Shown here: positions 56,730 through 64,000 of the stretch, piece by piece
How the letters are laid out: each line of letters starts with the position of its first letter
How positions within the stretch are numbered: position 1 is the stretch's first letter
Origin: the human T2T-CHM13v2.0 reference genome, Homo sapiens
Length of the DNA: 64,000 bases
NCBI RefSeq assembly: GCF_009914755.1
Contig: NC_060929.1
Reading direction: 5' to 3' (one strand)
Program-made: the position numbers and the translations under genes
Notes under the pieces: generated by a model
Databases searched by the model: none
The model's input: the letters and a program-made list of their open reading frames with translations, nothing else
Told to the model about the DNA's origin: nothing

Positions 56730-58847
56730 AAACTTTTTATAATCTCGAGACTAGATCAACCCTAGTGATTTCATCAAACTGTAAACTTCTATGGAGTGCC
56801 AGTTATGGAAAATCCTCAATATCTCAACTGTGCAAGGGGCCATTGAGTGAAAACTAAAAGACAGAATGTTTCAAAAAGGGCATAACATGGTGTCTGGCAC
56901 ATGTTGGCATTCAGTCAGTATTCTGAATACTGGCTCTTCTAGGCACCTTGCTGGGTCCCATAAGACAGTCCCTGCCCTAAAGAAGAAGCTAGCCACACCA
57001 CTGGTGAGAACATAACCTCAGGAGATCCTAAAGGCAAGCAGCCTGAGGGAAGTTTTCTTTGCAGAGAGAACATTCTTCCCACTTGAAATCACATATTTAA
57101 CATCTGTCTTCCCCAATTCTTTCTTTTATTCAACAAATATTTTTTAGCTGGATCAGTTATGTGCCAAGCTCAAGAAATGAAATGTTAAACCAATGTCCCA
57201 TGGGACATGGCCTACTGAAGGGGACAGGATTGTAAAGATATTCAACCAAAATCAAGATATAACTACAAACTCTGATGGGAAGAAGGAGTGCCGCCAAAGA
57301 GAAGCAAGGCTCTACTGTAGATTAGGGGTCAGGAAGCCCCTTTGAGGAAGAAACATTTAAGCTGAAAGATGATAGGATTTGGCCAAGCAGTGAGCTAGGA
57401 GAAGATACACTGAGACCTCGGTGGGGTAGAAACTACGTCTGTGTTCACTTCTGTACCCCCAGAAACTAACCTAGTGCCTAGAATGTAAAAGGAGCTCAAT
57501 AAATAGGTGTTAGATTGCATTTAATTGAAGTGTGGTTATCTAACCCCAATTTTACAGATGGGAACAGCAAGGCAGAACACCTAAGCTTGCATTTGACAGG
57601 CATGGATTTCTGTGGACGAGGAGAGCCTGGCATCTCCCAGGTTGCTGTGGTTGTCCACACCATTATTCCTGCCTCCCTCAGTCCCCTCCCTACTCGGCTC
57701 AGGCTCCCTGAAGGAGGTATGTGCCAAACCAGGGGGAAAGAGGGAAGGAATGGGGGGAGTTGAGGAGGGAGGCCTCATTTCAACCTGGCACAAGGTGAAC
57801 TATTTATGGCAAGAACCAGATGAGCAGGGGGCCTGGATGCTGAAAAGTCATGGAGGAAAAATACCCAATTCCCAGCCAGAACGTCAAAGAATTGTTCCAC
57901 TGGGACATCTCTCCCCTGCCATACACTGGACTCCAGGGCTGCCCTGACAGGACGGAACAGACCGCTTTCCCATATTGTCTTCTCCCTGCCAGCCCCATTC
58001 AGCTCCCTGGACGTGACCTGGATGATTCTCACACATCGTCCAGGCTCAGCTCAGCTGCCATGTCTAGCAAGAAGCCACATGCTCCTCTTCCTGTTGGGTT
58101 AGATGTCCCTGCCCTGCTCGTCTCATAGCCTGCAGTCGCTGCCCTTGAGATGTGCTGTGAGGTCATTTTCCGATGGTGAATTCATTCCAAGCAGAGATCA
58201 TAGCCTGTTCTCTGTTGTGTGAAGCCAGCACCAGAACCTGAGCCTGGGTACATTGGTACCTCATGAAAATTCATTGAATGGGCAAGTGAAGAAAAAAAAT
58301 GAGTGAATGACACTATCAATCAATCACAACTTTTTTTTTTTTTTTTTGTAAACAGGTTGCATGCAAATGTCAGAACCACCATTCATCCCCAGGCCTGCGT
58401 TGTACCAAAGATTGTCAGCACCACTGTCCTGCAGGGGTATGTGATCTGCCAGAGGGTCAAGAGGGTGAGGGTGAAGAGAGATACACATGACACCAGGACA
58501 GCCTCCAAATGAGAATTTATTCTTTTGCCATCGTTGAGCCGCTGCTACTGCACACCAGGTGCTGCACTAATGCATGGCCTCTGCCTTCAAGGAGTTTGCA
58601 GTATAACCAGGTCAGTGAAGATACATTGATGAGTGCTGGCCAGAGTGGGTGCAGGACACAGAAAGGAGGTGGGATGGGGGGCACAGAAGGAGTAGGTAAG
58701 CCCAGACCAAGGCTGGCTTTGGATAGAAATTATCCCACAGCTCAGAAGCATGACCAGCTCTAGATGCCAGGGACTGTGGGTGCACATCATAGCATATAGA
58801 AGATGTCTCCCTGTCCCAAGCCTGCAGCATCAAATCCTGCCTAAATA

Positions 58848-58850
<3 letters not shown>

Positions 58851-58922
<72 letters not shown>
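58851..58922. repeat. (CT)n(CA)n compound microsatellite
   Basis: Directly visible. Confidence 0.95.
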
Positions 58923-58924
<2 letters not shown>

Positions 58925-60247
58925 GGAATCCTGGTGGATGCTTCAGCCTCAGCTTTCCCCAGTTCCCTGGGACTCCTCTTCCCTCCCACTCCTGGCACCT
59001 TATTCTTCAGCCGGGCTGAGCTGCCAGGAGATAGTTGAGGACAAGAGCCCAAGGAAGGACTCTCAGAAGCAGACCTTTCCTTCCATACCCCTGCAGTCCC
59101 TCTAACCCACCACCCTGCAGGTCTTTCAGAGCTTTCTAGGCCACAACTGCAAAGAGAGTCTGGGCCCGCACCCTCTGCATTCGGGCTGAGGTCTCATGGC
59201 GCATGAGTGTCCAGAGTTCAACCAAACCCTCCTCGTGGACAGAGTTGGTGCCAGGCTTGGCAGAGCTCCTTGGCTTGGCTTCCTTGGCTCCTGTAGGTGG
59301 AAGGCCCCTGAGCAATTGTGGTTCCTTCTGGGTATCTCAGCCAACCCGGAACTTCAGCCACAGCACCAGCACCCACAGGTAGCAATTGTGAAAAAGTAAG
59401 GCCCTGTGATGTCACACTCTAACATTAGTGCTGAGCAATTACCCACACAAGATTCAGGCTGGGACTGGAGCAAACCTGCACTGCAGCACTGTGTGCCAAG
59501 GAGCGTGGTGGCTGGTGACCACCAGAAGACCCCCATCCCACTGGGAGGCGCAGCTCCCACCATGGCCTAGGGGCTGCAGGCTTCCACAGAGAACGCTGGA
59601 TGTGGCGCCCGAGCTCATCTGCAGGTGGAGGGTGTTTGGGCAGCATCCTGTTAGAGCCCACAGGGTTGGCTATGAAAGTTCCTGCAGCATGAAACATGGT
59701 CTTCCAAGACAAGTCTTTCCCGTTGGGATCTCCTGGGCACAAGGATGCTTGCCCATGGTATTCACAGAAGAGTGGCAGTATAATGCAGTGTTAGGTGCCC
59801 AGGCTTGAGAGAAGACCAGGCTCAAAGTGTAGCTTTTTCTTTTAACTAGGTAACCTTCCATCTGTCCTTTACATTTGTGCATCTCACCGTGCTGATCTGT
59901 AAAAGAGGGATAATGACAACCCAGCAGTGATGCCTCCGTGAGTTCCTTCTCTTTCCCTCTTGCAAACCAGGTATTGCCATTAAGATAACACAACATTAAA
60001 TCAGCCTGAGATGAGTTTTGAAAGAGCAATTCTGCTGGTTCTTATTGCAGATATTCAAAGGTGTGAGTCATGACTCAATAAGGTGAGTATCTCTTGAAAG
60101 ATAGTGAGCACTCACCATAGTCCAGGCAATGTGCTTGGCACATTACAGAATCTCAGCTAATTCTCGTAATGACCCTATGAATACTATTATTAATCCCATT
60201 TTACAGATTAAAAAAGCAGAGATCAGAGAGGATGTGATTTTGCCCCA

Positions 60248-60731
60248 TGGTGGCAGAGGCTGCCAGCTGTCCCTCAATAGATGATCTTCCCTATTCCTTA
60301 GGACTAGACTCTCTGATTCTTATCTGGACACATGGCTAACCAGAATAATGACCTTTCCTAAGCTCTCTTGCATCCATGTGTGGTCATGTGATTAAGATTG
60401 GCCAATGGGGTTTGGGTTGAGATGATGTATACGGTTCCAGGAAGTATCCTTAAAAGGAGCTAGGAGGTGAAGATTTCCCCTTTCTTGTTCCTTACTTCTT
60501 TCTGCCTGCTAGAATGTGAGCATAAGGGCTGGAGTTTCAGCAGCTATCGTGCTCTGTGAAGGGCAAGATCTTTGGAAAGATCTATGCAAGGCAGAGCCCG
60601 GGTTCCTGGCACTAAGGACTGCCACATCAGTCATAGACTGCTGCCCGTCAGACATTTATTTCTATCTTATTTAGTCACTATTATTTGGTGCCTCTTTTAA
60701 TTTGCACATTACCTTAATCCCAACTGATACT
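60248..60731 (+). mobile_element. Old MaLR LTR (MLT1I/J-like) inserted in a MIR
   Basis: TCTTGCATCCATGTGTGGTCATGTGATTAAGATTGGCCAATGG...CTAATCCCAACTGATAC-type end, with MIR sequence on both sides. Confidence 0.65.
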
Positions 60732-63700
60732 CCAAAATCAGGTGGCAAATAAGGGACAAGGTTGGTATTTAAACCCTGCCTCTCTCATCCCAAAGGATGC
60801 TTAAATGTCCCTCTCTCTAATGTGCACATGTATTTGGATGAGCTGGGGATTCAGCTTTGAGGGTTTTAGCAACAGTCCATCACTTGACACTTCATGTGAC
60901 TTGTATGCAGAAGCCATGTGAGGATCCACCTTCTCTCCCACCTCTGGATCTCTGGTGACCGCAGCTCAGCCCTGGGCCCCGCTACTGGCCCAAGGAAGAC
61001 CCACACATCTTGGATCACGCACCTCAGGTCAGGGAGGCTTTCAAGGACTTGTGGGAGGTGATGGTGAGGAGTGACCAGCCTGTTAGTCTTAATATAGTCC
61101 TAAGAAAAGTTGCTCAGAGGGCTTCTTTCAAAAATAGAAGGATTTGATTGAGTCCTGGCTTCTGGGGTGTATAGATAGTCTCATTCTTATTATATCACTT
61201 GGATTGATTTGCAGATTAATACCAGTTTTGGAAAAACTGCCAGCCTGTAGTACTAGACACAGGAGACAGAGATATCATATACCAATGTCCACAGCCTGTG
61301 CTTCTGCCTTTCCGGTGGATTCTGTTCTGTTATGGGTGGCAGTGGGAGGCCAGGACTGGACAGGGAAGGCCTACAGCTCACCCTGGCAACTTTCTTTCCT
61401 AACAAGATCTCGCTGTGGCCAGGAAGTGTGCATTCACTTGTCGAATCTTCTCCACAACTCTGGGAGTTCCCACTATTATTACCCCCACTTAAGAGAATAG
61501 GAAAATTGAGCGTCAGAGAGGTTCACTACCTTGCAAGTATGCAACAGAGCCAAGATTTGAGCAGAAGTGTGTCTAAATGCTGTGGCCAGTAAGGGTTTTT
61601 TGTACACCTGGGTGAGGTGGGGGTGGGCTGGGCATCTGGGGTGTTGAGTGCTTTCAGGGAGGAGACACTGCGACTGGGGATGGACTGGGGAGAGGGGATG
61701 GTAACAGCACATGTGAGATGGTAATCCACTCATTCAGTTATTCCTGAGCACCTGCTATGTCCAGGCACCATGGATCTCAAAATAAAACACAGTACCTTTC
61801 CTCAAATAGGGCAGCAGGAACAGACACAAGTGCTATGGGACTCTTTGTACACACTGCGATGCTCACAGGAGACCCATCCACTGCAGTTTTCAGAGACCCC
61901 CTGGTGCCTCTAGGGCCTAATCCTATGCCACGTCTGTGATGTCTCCAATTCACTGTACATACTGCATGGAGGATCTTTTTGACGCACTGCTTTCTGGATA
62001 ATATCTGAACTCCCTTAGCACCCACGAGGGACAGGTCTGTGGGTGCCTCTTCTGCGTCACTGGTCACCCTTCCCACCCGGCTCCCCTCTGTGTCCCCTTT
62101 TCCTCTAGGTTCCAGCCAGGTAGGGCCCTGGGGAGGCAGTTGAACAAGCATCCTTACTTTCTACCACTGTGCCCTCAGACACACGGTGCCCTCCCTGGAA
62201 TGCCCTTCCCATGTCCAGCTGACCTGGCAGTGGGAAGTGACCACCTAATGAAGCCTTCTCTGATCTCCTGCCCGTAACACCAATGCCCCTATGGCACACA
62301 CCTGGCAGAGAAGCAAATCCCAATGCCCCCACGTATCCGGCTGACTTGGCCAATGCCCGTCTCTCTAGGTGCTTCTCACCATTGCCCATGTCCACCAGTT
62401 ACACAAGTCTTCTCCAGCGTCAGCTCTCTGCCTTCTCAGCAACTGCACACTTTCTGTTCTCTCTGCCTGGGATGTTTTTTCCTGGGGATACCACACTTTG
62501 ATTTTTCAGGTTCCAGCTTCCTGCACAAGAGAGACTATCCCTGACCACCCTATTTAAAATGCAGGCTCCTTTTCTTTCTTCTTGATCTCTGCACACTGCT
62601 TGGTTTTCTCATTATACCAGCACAATTGCAATAATTTTGTGGAGGTCTTTGTGTACTTCATCCTTCTGCCTCCCGGCACTTTCCACTGCATTGAGGGAGG
62701 AGACCTTGCCAATGATGCTCCTAATTGTATTTCTGGCCTTTGAAAAATAGTGCTTAATAAATATTCAATGAAGAGATGGTGACTGTGTGGGTGTAGACAT
62801 ATGAAAGAACTCTGTTAATATGTGTGGATTACACTCTATGTAAATGACATTTTAATAAAAAGTAGATACCAAATGTATTGGCTATTTGAAAGAACAGCTG
62901 GAGCATGAATTTGCCCATGAGTCTCATTCTTCGTATTTTTGTCGCTGGTGTTTAACAGAGTCTGATCCAACATCTCCTCCATTCTAAGATGCTCGTGTTC
63001 CCATGATGTAAAGTGGGAGAAATCAGAGCACATTACGCTAATGTGCTCTTCCTTTATATTTCCTCTCTGAAAGTCATCATTAAACCAATGGTGTATCTTC
63101 AAATAGGTGACATATCTTAGAGGACTGAACTTAAAAAACAGTGTTTATGGAAATCACTCACTTAAATGTTGAACTAACTGGACCTGAAAAGGGATCAACT
63201 CTTAAGGGAGCTCGAAAAGGAGGTTTGGGGGGTTCCCACCCTACTTCCATCGCCTGTTTAAGGGGAACAGCCCTTTGAAAGAGCTACAGAGAGCACACTA
63301 GTGAAGGCCTTGGGATTGGATCACCCGTGGCTGGACCCTGGTTTGCCACTTGGCAGTTGTGTGACCTTGAGCAGAGTGCTCAGCCTCTCTGAACCTTAGT
63401 TCCTCATGAAAGAGGGAGCATCATCCATACCTTGCAGAGCCCTGGTAAGGATTAAGTGAGATAAAGCTGGGGAAGTCCTTAGCCTCGCGGCAGGTGTGTA
63501 GCAAGCCCTTAATGGAGAGAGGTTATTATTAGGAGAATTTTGCTCCAGCCCAGCCCCTGCCCTGGGACCTTGGCGCTCACAATCAGCCCACTGTAAGTGC
63601 CACATAATGGTGTGTGTGTGTGTGAGAAGGGACCAGGGTACAGGGGAGGAGGAGGAGGTACTGCCCTGGGGCCTTGCACCCTCGAATTATCTTCCTCCCA

Positions 63701-64000
63701 GCCCAGTCAAGCTGTTTCCTTCCCTCTGCTAACCTTCAGTCCTCTGAAAACCCAGCTGTAAGCCCCAGGCGTGCTGGGAACAAAAGGGCACAGTCAATAA
63801 TCATTTCAGCTGATGTCAGAACCTCTTGTCCCTCCAACGTCCCTGCGCTTCAGAAGCCAGGAGAGGATTTCATCCTCAAAATTGGAGCCTGCCCATCTCG
63901 TAGTCTCAGCTCTCACGAGTGCCCAACTGCTGCCCTCTCTGAGTATCCTGAACTGCCTGGAATCCTGAGCCAGCCAATGCTGTTTTCACCTCTGAGCCTT

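Noticed and set aside
55306-56738. Target-site duplication for the KRT18 retrocopy (CAGGCCTTTT vs CAAACTTTTT)
   Set aside because: Too short and mismatched to call.

Overview
Mammalian, almost certainly human, genomic DNA (Alu, L1, MaLR, MIR and L2 repeats throughout). It contains one protein-coding gene, FOXI1 (+ strand, two exons, CDS 20436-21009 joined to 22527-23089 = 378 aa), with TATA promoter, a visible in-frame alternative acceptor and an ATTAAA poly(A) signal. From recall, FOXI1 lies at 5q35.1 just downstream of DOCK2. A processed KRT18 pseudogene lies on the - strand at ~55.3-56.7 kb. The rest is repeat-rich intergenic DNA, including an ancient near-complete ERV-L provirus with both LTRs (~0.6-9.8 kb) and a multi-level L1 nest (~40-45.7 kb). 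Almost all other ORFs in the track are spurious. I found no convincing new multi-gene system. The best second-look items are: a Z-DNA/H-DNA/G4 cluster plus a perfect kappaB site and an E-box cluster at the FOXI1 promoter; a ~420-bp mini-L1 with both termini; a MADE1 hairpin with mirror-image substitutions; several templated or inverted micro-duplications; and the open KRT18 pseudogene frame carrying the R90C hotspot change. Repeat family names come from remembered consensus sequences, not a RepeatMasker run, so subfamily labels and old-repeat boundaries are approximate.
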